The translations under genes were made by a program, and so were the position numbers. From Lingula anatina (taxonomy: Eukaryota; Animalia; Brachiopoda), in contig CM120642.1 in NCBI GenBank assembly GCA_051362555.1, forward strand, positions 24,056,001-24,120,000: a stretch of 64,000 nucleotides of DNA, written 5' to 3'. Shown here one piece after another: positions 23,721 to 35,456 of the stretch (position 1 is the first letter of the stretch; every line of letters begins with the position of its first letter). The notes beneath the pieces were generated by a model that was given only the letters and a program-made list of their open reading frames with translations, searched no databases and was not told the origin of the DNA.

Positions 23721-25317
23721 TACACAATGATTTGTCAATAGCAAAATCTGCACCAAAAAGTAGTCTTTTTGTTACAGTACAGCGATATTTATAGGGGCGG
23801 GGGAGGAGCGAATACGTTAAATTCGCGAATATTTTTTCGCACATTATGCAAAAGAATTTTAATTTAATAATAGTTTTGAAAAGTTCCGAATGCATCGTAC
23901 CCATTGAAATTAAAGTATATATATAAGTACGCCTTGTACCTCCCTCTGGACATGTACTTCAAATAAAGGTTGAGCACACAATGATCAAATTAAAGGACGT
24001 CCATGTACAAACTTTAACGTCATCTCTACCGTTAAATGCATGATCATTATAAATTGTACAATGGATGACGAATATCTAAATATTGCACATAGCCTGCTTG
24101 ACTACTAGTAAGATTTGTGCCTGGTTTAGGTAATCATAATACTGTCTTTTATTTCACTCTATACATTAGTAAGAAAGTTTATTATGGACTAATATAACCT
24201 GTTATTTACAACGTGTCTGTTTTTGCTTGACCGCATTAAGATGAGTGTACATTATAAATTCGTCATTTAACCATTTTTATATAAAGCATCAACTGATCCC
24301 TGATGCCTGCATTCCGAGGCATATCGAAGTGTCATTGAAAAAAAAAGGATATGTGATCCGCAATTTACTTTACAGTCACTCCGTTCAAAAGTAAACCCTG
24401 CGCTACTCTGTCAACATTTGAAAAAAGTGTATAATAGAGGTTGTCCCAAGTGCGAACATATTATTGTTTGTTTCTTTGCTTCTTTAAAACGGTTTATTTT
24501 GAAATTGATGGATAGATGGTATACGATCAGATGTTTACCACACATTTGTTCCATTTTTGTGTGATTTGAATGGTACGTTGACACTGTATGGGGCCCTCTC
24601 CTTTCAATATTGCACAGTATAACTTCTATACATCCAATACATTCTATACAAGTCCAAATTCATTTTGTTAGGAATGGGTATGCGATTGACTTGCTTACTA
24701 CTATACTTGGATAGGGGTGTTGCATACGTGTTAGATTTGCAGTATAGATGTGGATCACAGTTGTTTGATATGTATTCATGCTCGTCGCATTATTATTGAA
24801 TAAAGTTCTTGATTTTTTTCACACGGCTCCAAAATTTCTTCCACATATTCTGCATCAAACCGTGAACTTGCTATCTCAAAATATAATACTTTGCCGGTGC
24901 TGATTGTACAATTATAAAACCAATTCGATAGCAAATGTTTTGTAAAGTACAACATTTTTGGACGCATAATTCAGTAACTGCCATGGGCATTGGACTGGAA
25001 TTATAATAAAAATGGAAGAGGTTGACACAGGGTCGTCCTTTGACGTGCACACCAAGAAAGAACGAGTAGTTATGTTACATGTTTTCACTTGCGTAGAGGA
25101 AGATTCGTAGCATTTAAACAGATTCAGCATTAAGGTAAGACAGTATAACTATCCTAACGATTTATATGACACCAATCAATTCATTAAATATCCGCAGTAT
25201 CCAGGGATTATGAAAGCATTCTATTACAGTGACCAAATTGAATCGATTTTTTATTAACTCACTTATTGCCTTTTCTTCTAAAACATTTCTTGCCTGTCTC
25301 AGCCAGTAAGAGACTAA

Positions 25318-25519
25318 GGGTGCTTTCCCAGAGATTTAGATCGATCTAACTCCCTGGGGGTTCAGGCTAAATTGCAGTCAGCCGAGCGGACACCATAGTT
25401 AATTACCCCCTTACAGCTTTTAGTAGGCGGGACAGACGCTTAAGCCGGCCAAGCTGACAGTTATCTAGTGAGACTCCCCACAGGGATAGATCGATCTAAA
25501 AATCTATGGAAATGGGGTG
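25318..25519 (+). mobile_element. PIF/Harbinger-type MITE, copy 1
   Basis: Imperfect TIRs ttcccagagatttagatcgatc / gatcgatctaaaaatctatggaaa flanked by TAA...TAA; closely related copies at 29475 and 62209. Confidence 0.75.
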
Positions 25520-26459
25520 TAAACGTCGTATTCTGCATTGTCTTTGACATTTTACCTGTACGGTTACTTTTTATTTTCTATATACTTTGTCAAGAAACCT
25601 GTAACCCAAGCTTTCAAATCTGCAGGGTAAATGCTACTGTAAATGTCATGTATAAACTGCTATACAAAGTCTTTCTGTACCGGTGTAGATCAAATTCAGT
25701 GAGGATGAAGCAAATAGCTCTTGTGTTATTCTGTACTGCAACATGGGGTAAATTCTAGTCACATACTACCAGTAGACTTGCTTTCGATAATATTTGTGCT
25801 GTATTAGGATATTCTAGACCAGTACATAAATGCTTTGAGAGGTTTCTAAGTAAATATCAAACTATATAAATGTGTTCAGTGGCGATGAACTGTTGTTTTG
25901 TCTTGTTTTGGTATGTTCCTTTACTGATCTTTGAAACAGGCGTGAATTGAATGAATGAATGAAAGAAACCATCATAGAGTCGTTTAATTCACCATTAACT
26001 TAAAGGTCACTAAGTTCCCATTGTAGTACCTAGTTTCGTTTATCATATTCTCATACTGGTATTCTTTGACAATGGCACACATCATGAAGGCAAATCAATT
26101 ATAATGCCCATGAAGAAAGAGTATACAGAAGGAACATTGGTCTAACTAGATCATTGAAAAAAACAATGTTCACATATCATACATACATGTATATATATAT
26201 ATATAACTGTGCATATTTTCTCATCTTTACGTGCTTCCATTTTGCAGAGATAGATGGATTTATCACTTAGATTACATTCACTTATTATAACACGTACGCA
26301 ATATAATTTATAAAAGATAGCCTGAACGCTAGAAACATTCTATATGTTCTACAATTGAAGTATTTTTAGCTTACGGTGAAATAACCGTCCCTGCTGCTTA
26401 GGCCCATTATCAACGCAATACACCATCACCCCATCCGTCTTTCATCGCATTCTGAACAA

Positions 26460-26477
26460 GTAGTAGTAGATGTAGTT

Positions 26478-26514
<37 letters not shown>

Positions 26515-26945
26515 ACGTAGTAGTAATAGTAACAGTACACACAATGGACAATAGAAGTGTCACCCCCTGAATCAGAATAATCAAAGTAGGTAGATCTTGA
26601 GTAGTTATAATGCCTGGTCTACTTATAATGTGACTAATGAGTATAAAACCGCTGTATCATGGAATTAAATTGTTGGTCTTTTTGTGAAATTTGATGTTTT
26701 AAATTTTAAAATAAAATGATACCAGGAGCATATCATTCCACAGTCATTTATCTCCCCCAAAGTATTGGTTCAGTAGCGGCACGTGACACTTCTATTGTCC
26801 AGTAGTGCATGTAGTAGTAGTAGTAGTAGTAGTAGTAGAAGTACTAGAAGTAGTATATAGTGGTAGTAGTAATAGTCACAGTAGTAGTGCATATAGTAGT
26901 AGTACAACATGTAGTACATGTAGTAGTAGTAGTGGTAGTAGTTGT
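26460..26945. repeat. (GTA)n microsatellite split by a ~265-bp TIR element (26540-26807)
   Basis: Inverted repeat tggacaatagaagtgtcac (26545) / gtgacacttctattgtcca (26783) between two GTA tracts. Confidence 0.7.
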
Positions 26946-27685
26946 AGAGAGAAAGAGAGGGGGCGTACATAACGACATAGCTCTAGAATATGTATTGACT
27001 GAATTTTGATCAATCTTTATTCAAATTTTAAAGTTGAACAAATTTAGATATCAAGCTGAGATCTGAAAGTTTTAAATAAACATACCGGGTAATTGCACTT
27101 TTATTTATATGTTTTGTGTATTTGTACATTCTTTTCTCTGTATGCGACTGGTTACTTTTTTTATAAAAGATTTTAATTACCACGCCTCACAGAATAATTC
27201 ATTAGGTCACAAATTTTGCACCAAGATGACGTTTTGTTAAAATAACACAGCGATATTCAGACAAATACAATGCGACGAAATTCGTTAAAATAAAATTTCC
27301 ATCGTAAGCTAACCTTTGTAGAAAAGGATTTAAGTTTTGGGTGTATTCTGTCAAGACATATTACATACAAAATTCCCAAGTTGATCGGCAACCGCTATGT
27401 TCTACTCGTTCTTCCAAAGCTCAATGCCGAAGGCTGCATACAGACGATATCCCGTAGTTAGCAATGTTGACTACACGTTGACAAATGGTATGCAAATACA
27501 TGTACAACCCATTTAAAATGGTTTTGAAGCTTCTCATTCTAAAACGTACTAGTAGATGTAGGTTTGTTTCACAAATTTCTTTACACCGTCAAACCACATA
27601 CACGTACCACTTATTCTAAAATTCTTGAGAAACTGTTTCTTTGATCATGGATGTCTAAATGTCAATTTATAACGAGTCTGAATGT

Positions 27686-30600
27686 TTACAAGTAAGTCAT
27701 GCCTTTCTCACATATGTATCCGTGGTACTCGCAATAAGAAGTGACGTTACACATGACGTCATGAAAGTCGTAATCCGGTACGTATAATCCAACACAAGAT
27801 GCAGCCTCTCCTACTGGTACTTGATTTGGCTCACCATCGGCAAAGCCCCAGTACTCGCTGTTTATCGTGGCACCGGTGGCAGTCCACACCCACTCGCCGT
27901 TCACTAATTTACCACTAGTCCACCAGTTTCGGCCCTTCATGCTGCTTGACGTCCAATAGTCCCCACAGCAAGAGCCGGAAAAAACCTGATTTTCTAGGTG
28001 AAGCAAATGTAAAATATTACATTGCGGTTACATGTTAAAATTGCATAGTCAAGGACGTGTTTGTGTGTGTGCGTGCGTGCGTATGTGAGAGAGAAAGAGA
28101 GAGAGAGAGAACGAGAGAGACAGACCCAGAAAAACTTTGTATATTTCATAAATAAAAAATTATGTCCTAGCTTCGGACCCATTATCATTTTAAGCAAACA
28201 TCACTGACGCAAGTGAACCTGATGCTCGTTCCAAAATAGAGCTCGTCTAAATGTACCCCTCAAAGCAACGTGTTCTTGCAACAAAAAGATGGAGCTAAGA
28301 GCGGACGTCTCGATGTTGGACACACTCACCCTGCATTTCCCGGATCCTTGTCTTGAGATACTCGTGCTCTGTTCTCGTTTCTATGGCGACCAAGTCAGCC
28401 TGGAAATAACTGCATAGTTGTCTGGCTTTCTCCCATCCTAGCTGTATTGACGGCGTATTTATGAAATAGCACCTGTTGTCATGTAGATGGAAAGGCTGGC
28501 TGCACATACCTAAAAAAACAACAAAAAAGTATCTGTATCATCCGTGTGTAATGAATGAGACTAACGTAAGGGTGAGTGGGACACTTTCCCTCCTTTAGTC
28601 CCCCACCTGATATGCATAAAAGCGTTTAGAAAAGCTCTTTCCTTCAATATGTGATGTGGCCAAACAATTTTCACGGTGCATTAAGATAAACAGTAAAAGA
28701 ATATCCACAATAAATTCGGCAACCGAGAGGTGCGGCAACATATAGATAATTGCGGTAGTATTTATGCCGAAACATCAAAATGAATAGCCCCGCCGTTCGA
28801 GCCTTTTAATCAGATTCAGATCAGATTAACCAATCAAAGCAACGGAAAGGGGGTCACGTCACCTTCCCACCAGGCCATGCCATGTAAACAAAGCAGCATG
28901 ATCGGCTGTAATGAAGAGTCTGAGGAGGGAGACGCGAAATCTTCGCCAAATTCTCATCTTTCGTGTTGCATGCACATAGAAGAAGGTAGCTAATTAAGAG
29001 ACTCTAGATACCATCACACGTGTTCGCTGGGAAACTTTTAGAGTCGCAGCGAAACAATGGCTGAAATTTGGCAGCAGAGAAGCCGCTGCTGTTCAGTGGA
29101 TCCGTACAGTACGGATTTAGATAAGGATTCGACGATTTGGAAGCCAAACCACGATGTCACTTTTCTTGCTACAGAAAGCTAATTAACAAGAAGGGGCTAT
29201 CTCAGGCGGCAAAGAAGTATGAGAAAGCTGAGAAACAAGGCAGTCCTGCTGAAGAAGGTATGTCAACATATTGTAATTTGTTTTTAAGTCAGCCCCGATC
29301 GTGTGATGTTTACATTGTAAGTGGCTGATGTTACATAACAATATGTGACTGATAAAAGTGATATGAAAGAAAGAAAATAAGAAAATGATAAAAAAGTTTA
29401 TTAGTGTTATTATTATTTTATTTGTAAATACTTAAAGGTTTTAAGATATGAAACAACTCCTCTCTGTTGAATCAGACCCCATTTCCAGAGATTAGATAGA
29501 TCTACTTTAGGGGTTCACGCTAAACAGCTGTCAGTGGGGCGGACACGAAAGTTAAATACCCCCTTACAGCTTGTAGTAGGCGGGACGGACATTTAAGCCG
29601 GATTATCTGACAGTAATCTAGTTAGACTCCCCGCGGGGACAGATCAATCTAAAAGCTCTGGGAATACAGCCTAAGCTAGCTGTATGTTCTTGCCATGATT
29701 AACATCTCATTATTAGTTCATCCATATTTATCATAATTAGCATTGCATTTACACAAAATAATGTAAGGCTTCACACAACAAGATATACAAACAAATGTTA
29801 TGGTGGGATTTTATGAGACAGAGGCTTAAGTATCATGGTAGAATCTTTTATGTTATTTGTGGAGTGTTCCTCCCCCCCAATACATTGCTGCACATGTGCA
29901 ACCATTAGTGAATATAAATATGTATAGGCTAAGCCCAACTTCAATGAGAATGTATTTTAGGGAATATTTACTGTATCTTGTGAGCCAGAAAAAGTAGGAT
30001 AGCTTTTCACAGAACAAGCTGCAATGTGATTAATTTAATTAGGACTGTTAGGAATAATCCTTGTAACTTTCCCTTATGAATAGAATCAGTAAAGGTATAC
30101 ATAAATAGTATCAATAAAGAAATACGTTGACAAACAGTATCAATTAAGGAATAATGATAATGAGTAGGGTGACTGGTAGATATAGTTCAGTTTAAAGAGA
30201 AGAGTCACTTTTATTCAAGGCATCTGATATTAATCTGGGCAGCAGAATGCTAGTGGGCTCCCTATTAATTATTAGATCTTTAAGCTTGATTAATTTGTCT
30301 TAGTTGCAACAAATATTAAACAGTGGGTCTCATTTGCCTATAGTTTGTTACAGCTTAGTTCCTCATAAAAGGAACATGCTGAGCCACTAATACATTGAAT
30401 CCTATACCTACCCTATGCCCTTTGAATCATGAGGATATATGTAATTATAGTTGTCAATATCACTTGGTGTCAATCATGTGATAAACTCACATGCGACTGT
30501 CTTATCTTATTTCATTATTATTCATTTATTTTATAGTTAAATCATAGTGATTGTATATACAATTGCACTTGCAACAATCAAGGATTTGCGGTCTGCTCTG

Positions 30601-33600
30601 TATTTGCTAAATCATTTGTGTATCCAGGTATCCAGATGTTTTTATTTGAAATATGTATTCTATGTTGTCTTTTTATTTATACAGGGCAACTGTTTTTATA
30701 ACTGAATTTTGAGCACATTACTATTTTTACATATCTTTGTTACACCCACTTGAATATTTATCCAACGTTAAAGTTGTTTCTGTAGTAGTCAGTATCTGCA
30801 CATTATAATGCACTTATATATATGGTATGAAAAGTAAAATGTTATTTTGCTTCTTTTACAGAACCATCAACCAGTTGTACTCTTCCCAAAATACAAGGTC
30901 CATCTCCCAAGAAATTGAGATCAGTCTCAGGGTTTGGTATATCAAAGTCACCAGTGCTGCCAGCTATCTGCACTATTTGTAAAAAAAAAGTTGTGGTCAC
31001 TTAGTCTAATTTTTGCAAGTGTTTTGATATTTAATGGGGAGACACTCATTTTGATGTAATTTTCACATTCATAATATTTTTTTATTGTTTTGTATGTCCT
31101 TAATTTGTTTGAGATTGAGCTATTTAATTCCTGCCAGAAGTGTTTTTCGATTTTTATGTTCAATATTTCCAAAAGGTTTTCTATTTGATATAATTTCTTT
31201 GGTGGGTTGTTATCTTCGGATAGATTCTGTCCATGTGTTTCCCTTTGTATCTTGCTCAAGACTGTGCACCTGATTTACAGTTCTATTATCTACTAGTAAT
31301 TGTTCCAGTCTAAGACTAATCTTTAGACAGGTTTAGTTATAGTTGAAATAATAGGGTAACTGCCAAGCTCAGCTCTAAAAAAATGGTATTGCTAGCCTGC
31401 TTTCTTAGACCTAAAATCCATTTGCAAAATTTTAAGTGTACCTGTTCGAATGGCATTTTATTAATCTTTTTCAGATATGCACAAGAAATGTAGAAAGTTA
31501 TAATTTCACAGTTTAAATAATTAAGTTGGAAAAAATATATTATATATATATCATAAAAGCCTTGTTAAATGTGAGCTGTTATTTCTTTTAATATGCTGTT
31601 GTTACTAGACAATGCTGCAATTAATTGCAATAATCAAACTTCTTTAAAAATTGTACCTCTGCAATTTAAAGATAAACTTGAACATAAAAAACTCAATTAT
31701 TCTACCTAGTGAAGCACTTACATATTTTTGAAATAATTTTTTGAGCACTTACCAGCTTCATAAACAGACAGCCCACATGAATACCTAGTTTGTACTATTT
31801 ATCAGTGTAAAATATTGAGTCAAATAATTTTAAGTGATTATATGCGCTTTAACACACCTGAGAATTTAAAATGCATTCAATGTAACATTACTGAACATAC
31901 ATGCAAGTGATTATATCATCACTATATTGGGTAATAGTGTGACCTGTGTGCGATTGTAGAAGTGGTACAATGCACAGTGTACGGGCTATACTACATACCT
32001 TTTAACCGTGAATTCACGTCATCATTTAGCCAATTATATAAATACACCTAAAATACACGTATTCTCCAACTATTTAAATCTTTCTCTCGATATTGACATC
32101 GATTTTAAAAACCTAGGACTTATTTTTATTTATTGAAACAACGCATGGGAATCATCTATTAAATGTGCAAGCTTCGCATGGAAATTCATTGTTTACATCG
32201 ATGAGATGTAGGTCAAGTGATCACGTGACCCCTTTCCGTTGCTTTGATTGGTTTAAAGGGTAGAACGGCAGCACTTGGAACTACTCGGATGTCTCCGCAC
32301 TCGACAGTCGAGGATTGCCGATTGGAACGGCAGGGCTATTCATTTTGATATTTCGGCATAAATACCATCGCAATTATCTATATGTTGGCGCATCCTACGG
32401 TTGCCGAATTTATTGTGGGTATTTTTTAACTGTTTATCTTCATGGCACCGTGAAAATTGTCTGGCCACTGGAGCTTTTCACACAATGAAACGATAGACCA
32501 GTGTAGGTAAGGGACTACTTAGATGCTTCGCCGACACCCCCGCCCCCCCCCAAAAAAAAAAATTAACATACATATATATAAATGAATCCCTCTGCTATAC
32601 AAATTTCAGTAAAATGGTTCTCATCCACTGCTTTAATACGCCTCGCCAAACTCGACAAAAAAACTTCGCCTCCTCACCCATTAAAAACCTAGAGGTACAA
32701 ATGATACAAAATATTTTGCGCCTAACTGAGATACTCATGACATTTTCTTCACTTTACTCTATAATATTTCTCATGCACAAACCTATATTTCGTAAACGCG
32801 CGTGTTTTTGAGTGACAGATGCCAAGGTTGTTTATGTGTCAAAACTGATGTTCTCTTAAAAGTGCGATACACTGAATGATGCCTTAGCAACAGTGAAAGC
32901 ACCTGTTCATTAATATGAGGGTCCCACTGGGTATTTTCGTTACCCGTGAAAGCTACTTTTCATTTCCCCGAGATGCGTGGAATAACCGCGACTAGTGAAT
33001 GCAGCTTTTAATTTTTCGTTATTCGAAAAACGAAGTGAATGGTGATTTTCAACTAGTATAACCTGTTTTTTCAATTAGATATGAATAAATTTTATTTACT
33101 TTCATGTGTGAATTGATGATTATATTTCCCGTGATCTGTCATCACTACCTTCCGCCCAGTGGGACCCTCTTACATGCATATACTAGTACATGTTGCATTG
33201 ACGTCACAACTGACATAAAAGCATCCCAGGGCAAATACAATATTCCAAAGCTTTACGAATTTATCTGTTTAGTTTAACCTTCATTTTCTGTCTGCCCTGT
33301 GTGACAGAGGCCCAAGTGATAGAGAGTTCAGTGATAGAGAGTTCCTATTGACTTCTACAGATAAGCTTCGCCCCCCCCCCCCTTACGTCACGCTAACCTT
33401 TGCCTGAGCGAATTTAATGCACAGCAGACTATTTGTAAATAGTCCGAAGGTTCCATAGTGTACAGTTTACTGGCAATAAAGTCAAGTTCATCAGAGGCGC
33501 GAACAAACGATTTTTCGGACCGAAGAATCTTCGGATGATCGTGATGCCCCCTTTAAAACGTGGACCACCACTGTCTTTACACTGGCCAGGGAGGTCACAT

Positions 33601-34009
33601 GTACTTACCTTCAAGTGGGATCGCACAAAACGAGGACTTTATTTCCAGATAAAGTCACTCATTTCATCGGTTGCTAAATACGTCAACCAAATCTCGTCCC
33701 CGTCAAATCGTATTATAATTCATGAATTAGGGAAGTGCCCTTGAAATGTCAAGAGTTAGAATTTCATTAAGATACGCCCATCCATCCAAAGAGCACATGT
33801 AATTAATTTGTGACGCCAATAACGTGTTTTCGATTCTAATCTCTGATGATGTATTTCTCATAATTATTGATTTTTCCTGTAGGGGAAGGGCTGTGCGTAA
33901 CATTTGTCACCATAAAGGCTTCAAATGCTACAATCAACATCTATTTAAAAAGTTACATGTCCACGGATAAGAAGAGGCACACGCATGAGAACTCTCTCTC
34001 TCTCTCTCT

Positions 34010-34063
<54 letters not shown>

Positions 34064-35325
34064 TGCCCATTTTCAATGGCATCACTTCCAATCACACTGA
34101 CCGAACACAAAGTCACATGAACAGAGATATAGTGGAGAGGGAGAGTAATTTTAAAGACATTCCCAGCAAAAACAGAACGTTATTATAATGTTACCATAAC
34201 GTTTATATATCCCAAAAAAACGATCTGATAACGATATTTTAACGTTATAAAACGTTCTGTGTTTGCGGGGTGGAACCTTCCTAACCTGTTGGCTCGGGGT
34301 CCTCCTGGGGCGGGCCGTGTTTGCATCTATGGTTAGACGGCAAAGCTCTGCGATAGTTACAGGTGAGAGCAACCTGGTCCCAGACGAGCGATTTAGGACA
34401 CGGCATCGTGTGCGCTGCTCCCCAGGAACACATGATATACTTGGTGCAATCCGCATGCTCATAGTAACCCCATTTTCCTGGACATAAGAACTCTGCAAGA
34501 CGCAAAATGAAAAGAATTTTCTTAATTAACATTAGAAAGTTTGTTTATTAAGATGTAGAAATCGTTAATCCTTAAAGGAACTCCAAAATGGCACAAGGTC
34601 ATTTTTTAAAATTTTTGCTTTCTGTTTGTATCTACGAAAATGGTTTTAACGTTTTGTAAATGGTCAGGCGACTTGGCATAATTCGGAATCGGTAAAACAG
34701 TTTCTCTTTTCCAGACAGCCAGGCGAATTAACAATAAAAAACTGGGAACTAGAAAAGGGTGTATCTACGGGAAAAAAAATCAAGCAGAATTAAATGCAGG
34801 CGGTGACGAAATGTTTATAGAAATTCCAGTGTCATGCATGGACGATGTAAGCCCGCTTTACTCAATCCTTACTGAAAAACATCTTGCGCAGTGAAATATG
34901 GAGGAGAGATGCTCCACGAAAACAAACGTTCTTTTTATGCCAAGTGAAGACTTCAAATTCATGACACTGTATCTAAGCTCGTTTTCCTTGCCAGATCATC
35001 TTTTTGTATGCCCCGTCTAAAAAATTACATTTCCTCTTATTACGAGCCTAATTCCTTGATTCGAAATTTGGACTTGATACGCGTTTATATGTCTCGTAGA
35101 CTACAACTTCTCTACGTACATGGTAAAGGTGGAATTCAATTTATATTATGGTAAAAGTCGAAAAGAGATAAATCTCCCACTTTTCTTTAAGTAGAGAAGA
35201 TAATATTTACCTGCGCTTGAATCTTTTTTCTGTGTGTCATCCACAGGGGAACAGGACTGGCAGGCCACTGCACCAAAGCACCAAAATGCTACTATTCCGT
35301 ATATGAATATCTGAATGTACCCCAT
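27686..35325 (-). CDS. Secreted chitin-binding (CBM14/peritrophin-A) + C-type lectin domain protein
   Basis: Exon 35325-35211: signal peptide MGYIQIFIYGIVAFWCFGAVACQSC. Exon 34492-34286: six-Cys CBM14, CPGKWGYYEHADCTKYIMCSWGAAHTMPCPKSLVWDQVALTC...C. Exon 28509-28330: CSQPFHLHDNRCYF...WEKARQLC...LVAIET. Exon 27993-27686: W...GEPN...C...FHD..C...YICE. All three introns are phase 1 with GT/AG. Confidence 0.85.
29475..29671 (-). mobile_element. PIF/Harbinger-type MITE, copy 2 (nested)
   Basis: gaccccatttccagag...ctctgggaatacagcc; same family as 25318 and 62209. Confidence 0.7.
30948..31260 (-). mobile_element. Non-LTR retrotransposon (LINE) ORF2 C-terminal fragment
   Basis: FW...SNKLRTYKTIK...ENY...LAKIRLSDH motif typical of the post-RT region of CR1/L2/RTE-like LINEs. 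Confidence 0.65.
32917..33169. mobile_element. MITE with 15-bp TIRs
   Basis: gagggtcccactggg ... cccagtgggaccctc. Confidence 0.65.
34162..34269. mobile_element. Short palindromic MITE next to the CBM14 exon donor
   Basis: cccagcaaaaacagaacgttattataatgtt ... aacgttataaaacgttctgtgtttgcggg. Confidence 0.6.
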
Positions 35326-35448
35326 TCTACTTTTAATAAATTAAAATATATCACAAGTTAAGTACAAATCTCAGCGTAGAATTTTTTGGTTCAGAATCAC
35401 CAGTGGGAGAAGGCGCACAGCTGAAGAATAATCCGCATGACCACGCTC

Positions 35449-35456
35449 CTATATAC
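35449..35456 (-). promoter_or_regulatory. Putative TATA box of the CBM14-CTL gene
   Basis: Minus strand gtatatag about 125 nt upstream of the ATG. Confidence 0.35.

Larger units (their letters stand above)
28656..32468. mobile_element. Decayed DNA transposon with long (~145 bp plus subterminal) inverted repeats, in a lectin-gene intron
   Basis: gtggccaaacaattttcacggtgc...aaaatgaatagccccgccgttc (28656-28798) is the imperfect reverse complement of ~32325-32468. A second inverted block is aaccaatcaaagcaacggaaagggg (~28828) vs ~32230. A broken ORF (~28898-29260) includes HFSCYRKLINKK. Confidence 0.75.

Noticed and set aside
33609-33740. Strong minus-strand donor (gaag|gtaagt) in the lectin intron as an extra exon
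   Set aside because: Stops in all three frames after the nearest plausible acceptor.
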